The position numbers and the translations under genes were made by a program. Below, in pieces: positions 1 through 9,815 of a DNA stretch of 64,000 bases. The first letter of the stretch is position 1; each line of letters begins with the position of its first letter. Under the pieces are notes generated by a model. The model worked only from the letters and a program-made list of their open reading frames with translations, searched no databases and was not told the DNA's origin. The stretch is from Terriglobia bacterium (GTDB lineage Bacteria > Acidobacteriota > Terriglobia > 20CM-2-55-15): positions 64,001 to 128,000 of the forward strand of contig CBDCLE010000017.1 in assembly GCA_965218585.1 (NCBI GenBank). Direction: 5' to 3'.

Positions 1-1294
1 TCCATAGCCGGAGCATGGATTCGACATCACGGAGAAAGAAGTAGTCCTCGACCAATTCCTTGGAGACACTTGCCTGGGCCAGCACGCGGGCCGTGTTTGG
101 AATCCGAATACCTTCTCGAATCTGAATAAATTCCGCGAGAAACTCCAGGTCAACAAGGCCACCGCGACCCAGCTTGAGATTGAGCACACCCGGAGCCTCC
201 CTGGACAGCTCACGTTCCATACGGCCGCGGATGTGCCTCATCTCCTCGATCCCTGCTTTGCCGAATTCAGTTCCGTAGACAAACTCTTCGATCAGCGGAG
301 TGAGCCCTTCAGCGACTCCCAGATTCCCCGCTACGAATCTGGCTTTCGTCCAGGCCATCCGCTCCCACACCTCGGCTCGGGAATGGAGATATTCTTCGGT
401 TCTCTTGAGATCCCAGACGAGCGAGCCTTTCCGACCCTCGGGCCTCAATCGTAAATCGATACTGAATTCGCCACTCACACCCTCGACCAGTTCTTCAACC
501 AACTGGCACGACTCCTCATAGTCACCGTCGAAAAACGCCATCACGTCGAGGTCGGATCTGTAATTCAACTCTTCTTCGCCGAATTTGCCGAGAGCGATCA
601 GAGCGACCGGGCCGTCGGGGGGAAGCCATCGTGTAATCTGGGTCTCGGCAAAGCTGCTCATCAACAGGCTCGCTCTCTGTCGCTCCAGAACGCCGAACAG
701 ATACTGAATGCCCACGTAGAACTCGAACATGCGGCGGCTTTCCGTTTCAAACGGCGGACCCAGTGACCGGGACAAGCGCTCCTTGTCGATCACGAACTCG
801 GCCGTTCCGGGACGTTGGATAAGTGTGTCGGAAAGCCAGTCACTCAACGCAAACAGCCGGGTAAGACGCGGTATCGATTCAGGCGCCTCCAGGAGGGATC
901 TGAAAAATACTTCGCGGGCACTCATCGAGGAGGTCAACCGTTCGAACCCGGTCAGAACCTTGCCGGGACGTACCAGTCGCGGAGCAGTTTCAAGTAACGC
1001 ACTGATGACGTTCGCCAACATGTTCTTCATCCGGCTTGGCGAATGCCCAAAGGCCGGAGCATCGCGCAATGATTCAAGGATGCTGGCCGCCTGGGGCGCA
1101 TCCTCGAAACCGAGCGAGGCAAGCCACGCCTCCGCAGATTCCGAATCCATCGCCTCGTTGACGAATCTGTGGACCGCAGAACCCGTCTTACCGTCACCTT
1201 CGTCCGGAGTTCGGAAGAGGTCGTTAAACACAGCGTGAACTTCCTGGCGATGTGAATCCAGGTCGGCACCGAACGCTTCGGGAGACATTCGCAT
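1..1294 (-). CDS. glnE: GlnE glutamine-synthetase adenylyltransferase, C-terminal half (runs off the window edge; separated from the N-half by a frameshift)
   Basis: Manual minus-strand translation from ATG 1294 gives MRMSPEAFGADLDSHRQEVH... and a second NTase motif IALGKFGEEELNYRSDLDV. It is absent from the ORF track, presumably because it has no stop inside the window. Confidence 0.85.
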   Translation of the reverse strand, partial: MRMSPEAFGADLDSHRQEVHAVFNDLFRTPDEGDGKTGSAVHRFVNEAMDSESAEAWLASLGFEDAPQAASILESLRDAPAFGHSPSRMKNMLANVISALLETAPRLVRPGKVLTGFERLTSSMSAREVFFRSLLEAPESIPRLTRLFALSDWLSDTLIQRPGTAEFVIDKERLSRSLGPPFETESRRMFEFYVGIQYLFGVLERQRASLLMSSFAETQITRWLPPDGPVALIALGKFGEEELNYRSDLDVMAFFDGDYEESCQLVEELVEGVSGEFSIDLRLRPEGRKGSLVWDLKRTEEYLHSRAEVWERMAWTKARFVAGNLGVAEGLTPLIEEFVYGTEFGKAGIEEMRHIRGRMERELSREAPGVLNLKLGRGGLVDLEFLAEFIQIREGIRIPNTARVLAQASVSKELVEDYFFLRDVESMLRLW

Positions 1295-1296
1295 CC

Positions 1297-2691
1297 TTAA
1301 TGCCAGAATGCCAGGCGGTTCAATTCGATTCTGTCGTCGGGAAGAGTGTGGGTCTGACGCTGATCGACGATCTGCAACCTGTGTTCGACGTTTCGCAGGA
1401 ACGCGTATGCGTCACCGAGCTTTCGAGAAACCTCCGATTCGATGAGTCCGGCCTGGTGGAGTTCCTCGAGGGCAGAGAGGGTCCCGGCTCCGCGAATGTC
1501 CGTCATCTCCCCGCCGTAGAGAACCTGCAACGCCTGGATAAAAAACTCGATCTCGCGAATTCCTCCCCAGCCCAGTTTTACATTCGAATCCAGCTCACCG
1601 GATGAGTCCACCTGCTGATCGATTCTGCGCTTGATATCACGGACCTCGTCGATCGCCGCGTAGTCCAGATACTTCCGATATACGAAAGGCTGGACCAACT
1701 CCATGAACGCCTTGCCCAGCTCCGGATCACCTGCGACGGGGCGGGCTTTTACAAGAACCAACCGTTCAAACGTCTCTCCCCAGGATGCATAGTAGGTCTT
1801 GAGCGATTGCATCGACGACGCCAGGGGACCGCGGCTACCGTCGGGCCGAAGGCGCAGATCAACACGATAAAAGGCACCCAGCGCCGTCCTGTCTCCCAGG
1901 TAGTGGTTGACCCTTCTCGCCAGCTTTGTCGCGTCGTTGAAGTGCGCTTCGTCGGAATAGATGTAAATGATGTCGATATCCGAACTGAAGTTGAGCTCCT
2001 CCCCACCGAGCTTCCCTACCCCGACGACCGCAAAGGAAAGATCGGGTTCCTTGAGTTGATCGGTCAGGTCACTGCGCGCTTCATCGATCGCCGTCTGAAC
2101 GATCGCATCGGCCAACCACGAGAGCTCATGCGTTATTTCGGTCACGTTCCCGTGTCCGGCCAGATCCCTGTACCCGATTCTGAGCAGTTCCCTGCGCTGA
2201 AATTCATGGAGCGCAGTGGTGCGGTCGGCTCCAACGGTGGACAAGGAAACCACACGCCGTGCCTCCTCGAAATAAGCCTGCCGGGTCCTGACTTCTTTCA
2301 CCGCGCTGTCCCTTAGCGTTGACAGGTACTCCGGGTGCCGCACCAACACGCCTGCCAGGTAGGATGAACTGCCCAATACCCAGGACAGAAGTTCCATCAA
2401 ATCGGAATCGTCAACCATCCCGGACCAGAAGCGCGCCGGTTCTTCTACTGCACGAACGTATCTATCCAGGTTCGACAGTGCCATGTCGGGATCGACAGCC
2501 GCGCCGAATACAGGAAGCAGGCGTTCGGTAACGGTTTCAACTATCGCCGGATCAATTCCTGACTCCGCCATGTCCTTGAGGTTCTGCCGGGCCTGCTGCG
2601 GTTGTTGGAATCCCAGTGCGGAAAAAAAGCGTTCTAGTTCGGAGGGTTCCAGGGAGTTCGAGCCGAGCAGGTCACGAGGTGCGAAGGTCAT
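1297..2691 (-). CDS. glnE: GlnE, N-terminal half (first nucleotidyltransferase + substrate-binding domain); ends early at a frameshift
   Basis: Motifs GKLGGEELNFSSDIDII, YRVDLRLRPDG, NVKLGWGGIREIEF and FLRNVEHRLQ. An 8-bp tandem duplication at 1299-1314 causes the stop. Confidence 0.92.
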   Translation of the reverse strand: MTFAPRDLLGSNSLEPSELERFFSALGFQQPQQARQNLKDMAESGIDPAIVETVTERLLPVFGAAVDPDMALSNLDRYVRAVEEPARFWSGMVDDSDLMELLSWVLGSSSYLAGVLVRHPEYLSTLRDSAVKEVRTRQAYFEEARRVVSLSTVGADRTTALHEFQRRELLRIGYRDLAGHGNVTEITHELSWLADAIVQTAIDEARSDLTDQLKEPDLSFAVVGVGKLGGEELNFSSDIDIIYIYSDEAHFNDATKLARRVNHYLGDRTALGAFYRVDLRLRPDGSRGPLASSMQSLKTYYASWGETFERLVLVKARPVAGDPELGKAFMELVQPFVYRKYLDYAAIDEVRDIKRRIDQQVDSSGELDSNVKLGWGGIREIEFFIQALQVLYGGEMTDIRGAGTLSALEELHQAGLIESEVSRKLGDAYAFLRNVEHRLQIVDQRQTHTLPDDRIELNRLAFWH

Positions 2692-2704
2692 CAAGCAATC
2701 TGGA

Positions 2705-4688
2705 CTAAGCGTTCAAGGGTTCAAGGGCATCCCCGATCTTTCCTCTCAGCTGTTCCTGCAGATTGTCTGTAAGAGGGCGGCCATTCCGTGTCAGATAAAA
2801 GACGTCCAACGCCCGGCGGCCTTCGGTCGAAACCAGGGCAATCTCTATGTCGCATTCCAGCTCGGCAATCGCACGGGATACATGGAACAGGAGTCCCACG
2901 TCGTCGTTCGCTACGATTTCCATGATCGTCCGCTTCTCTGAAGTCGGATCAAAGTGGACGGCGACGGGCACCTGGCCCAGGTTATGACGATGAACAACGC
3001 TCGAAGAACGTCTTTCAATCAATTCATCCAGTCTTGCCGTCCCTGTGAGCGCATCGACGATCAGGTCTTCAAGCCTTTCTTTTTCAGAGGGATTTTTCTC
3101 CAACATCGCGTTCGGATCTTCAAATGCAATGAGGTCGAAGACGACACCACGGCTATTGGAAAACGCCTGCGCACGCACGGTGTTCATACCGAACGCTGCC
3201 AAGGCACCTGTGATCCGTGAAAACAAAAACGGAGTATCGGCCGTCATTACGAGAATCTCCCACAGGCCGTCCTTTTGAAACCAGTCGATGACGATGGGAG
3301 TCTTTTCCGAGTACCTCAGATATCCTTCGTAGTAGGCTGCGATTCGCTCCGGGGAAGTGCTCCGGAGAAACTGCTTGGGCAACCCTTCCAGGAACTCATC
3401 CAGTAACGTCGGAGCTACTTCAGGAGACAGAAAATGCATGACCTCGGCGGGGCCTTCAGCCACGCCTGCTTCCTGTCGGTATCGATCTTCTGCAAAATCG
3501 TGTCGTAACCGGTTGAAAGTCTCCAGATAAAGTTGGAACAGCAGGTCCCCTTTCCATGCTGTCCAGACTTCGGGGCTCACGGCCTTCATGTCTGCATACG
3601 TCAGGAGGCACAACATACGCAGATCCTCTTGAGTCCGGACAGTTTCGGCAAATTGAGAAATGACATCCGGATCGCTGATATCCCTGCGCATGATGAGGCT
3701 CGACATCTCCAGATGGTTTTGAATCGCCCAGCGGACACGATCCTGCTGTTGGGACGGCAAATCCAATCGTGTCAGAACCTCTTCAAGCACCTCGACACTG
3801 GAACATGCATGGTCCCCCTCGGGGTGTCTGGACGCCTTCCCAGTATCATGCAGAAGCAGGGACAACAGAAGGAGTTCGGGATCCTCCAACTCGCTCAGAA
3901 TCGAACCCAGGCCCCGCGGCACATCCTGGACGTCGGTACCCTCACTCAATTGTTCGATGTTCCGAACGGCAATCAATGAGTGCTGGTCGACTGTGTATTT
4001 GTGAAAAAAATCCCGTATGACTCGTGAACGAATTTCTTCGAACTCGGGGAAGATCCTGCCCAACAGGCCCACCCGATGCATGAGCTTGAGAACGCGATAG
4101 ATACCGTCACGGTCTTCCATCATTCGGAGAACGGCCCGGCCGTTCTCCCCGGTCGCCAGATCTTCGGACTTACCCTTTGAAAGGGCCCGTCGCACTCGTT
4201 CCATAGAGGACGAATCAAGGCCGAGCTTCTCCCGGTGTATCCGCTCAAACAACGCAACGATGGAACGGGGGTCCTTCAAGGGCCCGATTTCAGCAAGGTT
4301 GTCACGGCGGCCGGAAATTGCATCTTCAAGCGTCTGCGCCTCAGCCGCAAGAGACTCTGCCCTTAGAAAGTATTCGCGCATGAGGTTTTCGGCAGCTTCT
4401 CCCCGCTCCGAATCCTCATACCCCAGTTCGGCAGCGATCTTTTCCTGAAATTCATAGGTGAGAGCGTTCTGATCCCTGCCGGACATGAAATGCAGATAGT
4501 TTCGAATTCGGTGCGGGAACCCGGCCGCATCTTCAAGGCCCGGGCTGGGTTCGATTCCGATGACACGGGCCATCCACAGGGACCAGTGATAGTCGCGGAG
4601 ACCTCCCGGCGAAGTCTTCAGATCCGGTTCCAGCTGGAAGAGGGTTCCACCATATCCCGCCCAGCGTTCAGTCTTCATGTCGACCAGA
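2705..4688 (-). pseudogene. glnD: GlnD PII uridylyltransferase/uridylyl-removing enzyme, 5'-truncated (no N-terminal NTase domain; HD and two ACT domains kept)
   Basis: Motifs LEPDLKTSPGGLRD, FFHKYTVDQHS, LLLHDTGK (HD), LLTYADM and two C-terminal ACT-like domains. The first ~45 aa of ORF 2705..4819 belong to the upstream ligase. Confidence 0.88.
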
Positions 4689-6081
4689 TACATGTTGTTG
4701 GAACGAATGTTGTCGTCCCATCGAGAAAAGCCGAGGTATTCACCGTACGTCAGACGAAAGCTGTCCGGCCCGGCACCGAGAAGTGGATGGTCCCGGGCAA
4801 TTGAAGTGCAGCGCTCCAAAGCTGGGGACGAGAAACAGAAGCATCCAGGGTGGGTCGGAATTTCGGCCCTCTTCTGTACCAGCGACTGACATCCCCCTCG
4901 CTAAAGCGTTCGGGAATGGTAGCATCCAGTTCAACTTCCACGACGCCGGGATAAACACCCGCAATACTGAATTCCCCGTATCCCCTTTGGCGCAGATCGA
5001 GGTCAAGCAGGTGAAGACCCCTCGACGCGGGTGTCCGAATCCTCGCAGTAACCTCCACCGTTTCACCCGCCTCGATATCGTACGGCAACAGACTCTCTTG
5101 AGATTCCAACTCTACAATTTCTTTCATCCGAACGTCATACCAGTAATGGGAGAGCGTTATGCGCCGTCGCCCACTGGATCTCCAACGTTCCCGACCCGTG
5201 TTGGTGATCCGAACGGGCAGTTCGTACCGAGAATCCGGGTGTAGTGTCAAGACGTTGAAGCGAGGCTCATACACGGCGCCCACAGCACGTTCACCCTCGA
5301 TCGCCCGGAATCGATCTATCAGAAGAGGTTGAAAGAGACTCACAAGAAGGTAGGCCGACACGCCCAGTATTCCCAGCAGAAAGGGCGAATCGTATTGAAC
5401 TCCTTTCTTGTAGGTGGGCTCTCGTCGGGATCGCACCCGCTCAATGACCCACCTGGTCGCCAACACAATGAAAAGCGCCCCAATTGCTCCTCGCGAAAAC
5501 GTGAGTATCAGCGCGGACCACACCAGAAGAGATCCCAGGATGCGCCAGGCTCTCGGGAGCCGAACTGACCAAATCAGCGGGATCGACATGGCAAAATACG
5601 CCGCAGCCGTAGTCGGGTATTCAAACGAACCACTCAGGCGGGTTACTGTCCCGAGAAAGTATTCTCCGGTCCTGAAAAGCTCTGGGAAACCAAACCCAAG
5701 GGAGTCGACGAGACCGTAAGTGGCGGCTACGACGGCGGAGACGCTCCAGACTGCGACCACCTTTTTTCGCGCAGACGATGTCAGCGCGATGGATAGCAAG
5801 ACAAGACCTGCCCCGAATCGCGCTACGACCTTCAAAGAGTTATCGAGCTCATCGGCCAGCAGCGCCGAGGCAACGCAAACCATAAGAAACGCAGCCCCGG
5901 CAATCACCACCTTTCTCTCGAAAAGCATCCGACGCTGTTTCCAGAGTTCAGGAACACTGACAATTGCCAGCGCGACGAAGAGCCACTGCAAAACGCTCAG
6001 GCCAAGGACATCGTACACGGGTTCGAAGGGCAGGAAGGCTACAAGTGTAAGCAGGATGCCTGTGGACGCTCCCTCAGGCAT
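4689..6081 (-). pseudogene. O-antigen ligase (Wzy_C)-like membrane protein with inserted Ig-like domain; frameshift ~4798 and 3'-truncated at ~4689
   Basis: Many TM helices, RLSGSFEYPTTAA and ILTFSRGA. After the shift: HPLLGAGPDSFR...SNNMYL. ATG 6081 overlaps the upstream stop (ATGCCTGA). Confidence 0.75.
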
Positions 6082-7506
6082 GGCTGCGCTTCGTGCGTTC
6101 AGGGTGATTGCGCCGGGACGATACCAGGTCCACACACCATACACCAACTCGAGCGATGACGACTTTCACGCCTTCTACAACAATCTTGTGGTAGGGCCGG
6201 CTCTTTTGCCTCCACATCCGGGCAACAGCAACTTCTTTTACAAGCCATCGGATGGCAAACCAGTAGTACAGGCGGGGGTATTTCCCTTTGAACAACAGCT
6301 TGTTCTGATTGCGCGAAGTCCAGTTATCGTCGACGATCACACGGTCCTGGACACGCTCATAGAACTCCGTTCCCTTGATGGGAAACGCAACTGACGTCCC
6401 AACGACATCCGGACGAGTGTGTTTAAGCAAGTCGATCGTCAGACGAATATCGGCCGTGGTCTCTTCGGGATAACCCAAAAGGATGAAAAAGCCCGACTCC
6501 ATGCCCATTTCTTGCGTGATCCGTGAGGCCTCCCGAACCTGCTCCACCCGAGTCCCCTTCTGCATACTGTCGAGGACCTTCTGCGATCCTGATTCAGCGC
6601 CGTACCAGATGCGGAAGCATCCACTGGCTTTCAGTCCGGCAAGGATTTCGCGATCCACAAGATCCGCTCGACTCAGACACTCGAACCGATGCTGGGCCCC
6701 GCGCCTCTGAACTTCGTCGAAGAACGCGAGGCTCCATTCTCGATTGATGGTCAGAACGTCATCGGAGATCCACATGATGTCAGGGGCATATCGCTCCTTC
6801 AGCATCATCATTTCGTCAACGACGTCTTCGGGCGAGCGTTGGCGGTGAGAGTGGCCAAATACTTCAGCCGAGCACCATGAGCAGTGAAACGGACAGCCGC
6901 GGGCCGTAATCAGCGACACGGCGTCTCGCCATGTTTGGATTTCCAGGCCCGGAAATAGTCTTCCATCCTGAGAACATCGCGGTCCGGCCAGGGCAGGCTG
7001 TCCAGATTAGCGATGGACGGGCGGGGGGGCGTGCGGTAGGGAAATCCGTCCTTGTTGAAAATAATCCCCGGAACCTGTTCCAGATTTTGAAGTCCCTGCT
7101 CCTGAAGTCGTGGGATGAGCTCTTCGAGTGTGTGTTCACCCTCGTTGGTCCCGACGATGTCGACCCCCGCTTCGAAATAGAGCTTGGCCCATTCGGGAGC
7201 GTCTGGGCCTCCAACCAACACGTATTGGACACCAGAGTCCTTGGCCATCCGTGACAGTTTCAGAACGTTGTCCCGCGTGATGATGTTGGTGTAGAGACCT
7301 ACGATTCGCGGCCGCACCTTTTCGAGGGCGCTGGCGAAATCTTCGAAATCCCGAAACGCGCTGTCGAAAACCTCTACTCCAAAACCACTCCGTTTGAGGT
7401 ACGCCGATAGGTACAGGATACCCAACGGTGGATAAGGTTTCATGACTCGCCGCTCGACAACGTCGTACTTCAGAAAATATCCGTGTCCCAGGAGAATGTC
7501 GGTCAC
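6074..7506 (-). pseudogene. B12-binding-domain radical SAM protein, split by a 1-bp deletion at ~6921
   Basis: N-part MKPYPPLGILYL...VGGPD; C-part TARGCPFHCSWC (CxxxCxxC) and GAESGSQKVL. Adding one G restores ...GETAVSLITARGCP. Confidence 0.85.
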
Positions 7507-7530
7507 CGCGTCGCTCCTATCGAAGCTGGT

Positions 7531-8250
7531 CTAAAAACCCTCAAGTTCCGGTTGTCTGTATCGAAACAATCGATTGGCAACGAATCGAAGTTCGTATGGC
7601 GCTCGGTAAAAACGCGTCCGATAGCGCCAGGCGCCCAGCGCTTTCATAGCCACTGCCTGCCAGGCTTTTAGTTTGATATCCGATATCGTGGGATACCTCG
7701 CGTTGAGCACTATCTCGAAGTTCTGAATCCGCCTCAGGTGTGATGTTTTCAGCCAGGGCGTTGATGGACTTTTTCTCAGATCAAACTCTTTCCATTCCGG
7801 ATCCATCCACTCCTCTAGCCGGGATGGGAAGCTGAAACCGTATTCTTGCGCCATCTGAAATAATCCAGCATCGTCAAAATGCACGGGGGAATAGACATAG
7901 ATGACGATTTCTGCACTCGGATTCACTTTCTTGATTTTCCGGATATACCGAATGTCACGATCGATCTGGGCATCCACGTCGGCGCCCGGAGTTCCCAGCA
8001 CGAATGAAAACTCCGGCACGACACCAAACTTCCCTGCCCGATCCGCGAGTTCAAGCACCATCTCCGGAGTCTGCGTGCCACCTTTATTCATGTTTTCCAA
8101 GACGTCGGAAGAACTCGACTCGACGCCGAAAAACACCATCTGAAGACCGCTTCGCGACATCTGGCGCCACGTTCTGTCGGTAAACCCCATCATGGTGTCG
8201 GGGCGCGCTTCCCCCCACCACTTTAATCCTGAACCTGACAAGCGTTTCGA
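7531..8250 (-). pseudogene. B12-type radical SAM protein, C-terminal part only (no CxxxCxxC or B12 domain)
   Basis: WWGEARPD, FFGVESSS, FSFVLG and YVYSPV match the C-terminal half of a radical SAM barrel. The N-terminal half is missing. Confidence 0.75.
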
Positions 8251-8492
8251 CGAATCCTCCAGATTGGCCTGTTGCTCCGGGCATTGAAGGGCAGATCGAG
8301 GTCTCCGGAACCAAACCGTTCAGCCTCGCGAATCCGCTCGAACACTTCAACGAAATTCGAATACTGTGACTCCTGCCCGGGAGTCATGAGATCCAATATA
8401 CCGTCTGAATGTTTTGGACAGAATCCACAACCGCAGGCCGCATGACCGATGAGGGGTTTCCGACAGGAAGGACAACTTACGTTTACCTTCAT
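8223..8492 (-). pseudogene. Zn-ribbon (Trm112-like) class I SAM methyltransferase, N-terminal fragment
   Basis: CPSC...CGC...DGILDL, the same N-terminal pattern as 27321..28184. It ends before any SAM-binding GxG motif. Confidence 0.55.
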
Positions 8493-8551
8493 GACGATTT
8501 ACCTTCACCCACCCACGTGTCCGGTAACGTCACGCATTCGGGGCAGGACGA

Positions 8552-9784
8552 TTACTGCGTAAAGGGCGGCACACTTGTGAATATTGAAAAATCGTTTAGG
8601 AAACGCAAGGCCACCACTGTCAAAGCGACATCGCTGAAAATCTGCATCGTGCCGCTGAGATCAGTCGTATTGCTGAACAACTGGAATACGAACTGAGACA
8701 TGTGGTTCAGGGGGGCCAGCGTCGTTGTTGTCATGTCGATGGTCTGACCCTCAGCGTTGAGCAGCGTAAACGTGATGCTCGCCGTTTGACTCTCGGACGG
8801 GTTCGCATACGCGAACGCGGTCAGAAATCCTGCCTCGTCCACGAAAATGGACTGCGACGTGGCCGTAGAGGACGGGTCGACGCCAGCCTTAGCAATCAGA
8901 GTCGAACCGGAGAACTGGGAAAAGATAGCGCTGCCCGTCACTGCGATATCGGACGCCACCTTGGCGAAGCCCACGCCAATCGCACCCGAGGCGGCTGTTG
9001 AAACCAGTCGTCGACTTTTCCCACCCCCAAGCTCGAAGCTGATGGTTCCCGAAAACTGCTGGCCGGTGTTGTCGAGGAAGGCCGGCACGATCGTGTTGCC
9101 TTCCGAATCCCCAAAATCGTTAAACGTGATTGTAACGTTGGCAGTAGTGCTCGTCGCCCCCGGGTTCGTTATGAACAGCGTGGTCTTGAAACCACCACCG
9201 TCTGCAACATGAGGAAAGTAAAAGATCTCGTTCTGCGTGATCGTCGTGGCAGCAGAAACCGTGGTCTCGGCTGAATAAATGAAATCCCCCGATGACGCGA
9301 AGTTCCCATTGGCCGCGTTGCCGGCAACGTTGAAGCGAACATCTCCTGTGGAACTGCTCGAAGGAGATGTCCAGTCAAAGGAAAATGCAGCGGTATTGGT
9401 ACCGGCTTTGGCAAAGGAATGCTCGATACCGCCCGGCGTTCCCAGATCAAGCTGGGTTCCACTACCAGCGGTAAAGGTTCCCGCATCCGCCCCGCCTGAA
9501 TCAACAGCGGTCATCTGAAAGCCAAACAGGCTCTGACCCACGTGCATAACGGTAACGGTCAGTGGATAGGTCGTGCCAGGACTCCACTCCGAGGGCAACC
9601 CTCCGATCGTCACAGCTCCCGACCCAACGTTGACTGGCAGATCGTTATGGCACCCAAACGTGCTGCACGTGACGCCGTTCACCCCCGAACGATTCGACTC
9701 TGGACCAAGGGAATTACCCCATACAATTGCCGCCCAGGCGAGCAAGAGAACTGAAGCGAAAAACGACAGTCGATTCAGAGACAC
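8552..9784 (-). CDS. Secreted protein with a Reeler/choice-of-anchor-V-like domain plus a C-terminal 'FPHxADGGG' beta-rich domain
   Basis: Signal peptide; TCSTFGCH, FGFQMTA, FDWTSP and NAANGN..SSGDFIY (Reeler-like); then FYFPHVADGGGFKTTLFITNP. Confidence 0.7.
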   Translation of the reverse strand: MSLNRLSFFASVLLLAWAAIVWGNSLGPESNRSGVNGVTCSTFGCHNDLPVNVGSGAVTIGGLPSEWSPGTTYPLTVTVMHVGQSLFGFQMTAVDSGGADAGTFTAGSGTQLDLGTPGGIEHSFAKAGTNTAAFSFDWTSPSSSSTGDVRFNVAGNAANGNFASSGDFIYSAETTVSAATTITQNEIFYFPHVADGGGFKTTLFITNPGATSTTANVTITFNDFGDSEGNTIVPAFLDNTGQQFSGTISFELGGGKSRRLVSTAASGAIGVGFAKVASDIAVTGSAIFSQFSGSTLIAKAGVDPSSTATSQSIFVDEAGFLTAFAYANPSESQTASITFTLLNAEGQTIDMTTTTLAPLNHMSQFVFQLFSNTTDLSGTMQIFSDVALTVVALRFLNDFSIFTSVPPFTQ

Positions 9785-9815
9785 CTTCTGACTTCCTCCA
9801 TGTCCACCAAGAAAT

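Noticed and set aside
6074-8250. Assigning the radical SAM genes to hopanoid or branched-GDGT methylation
   Set aside because: No hpn or lipid-synthesis neighbours and no diagnostic residues that I can verify by eye.
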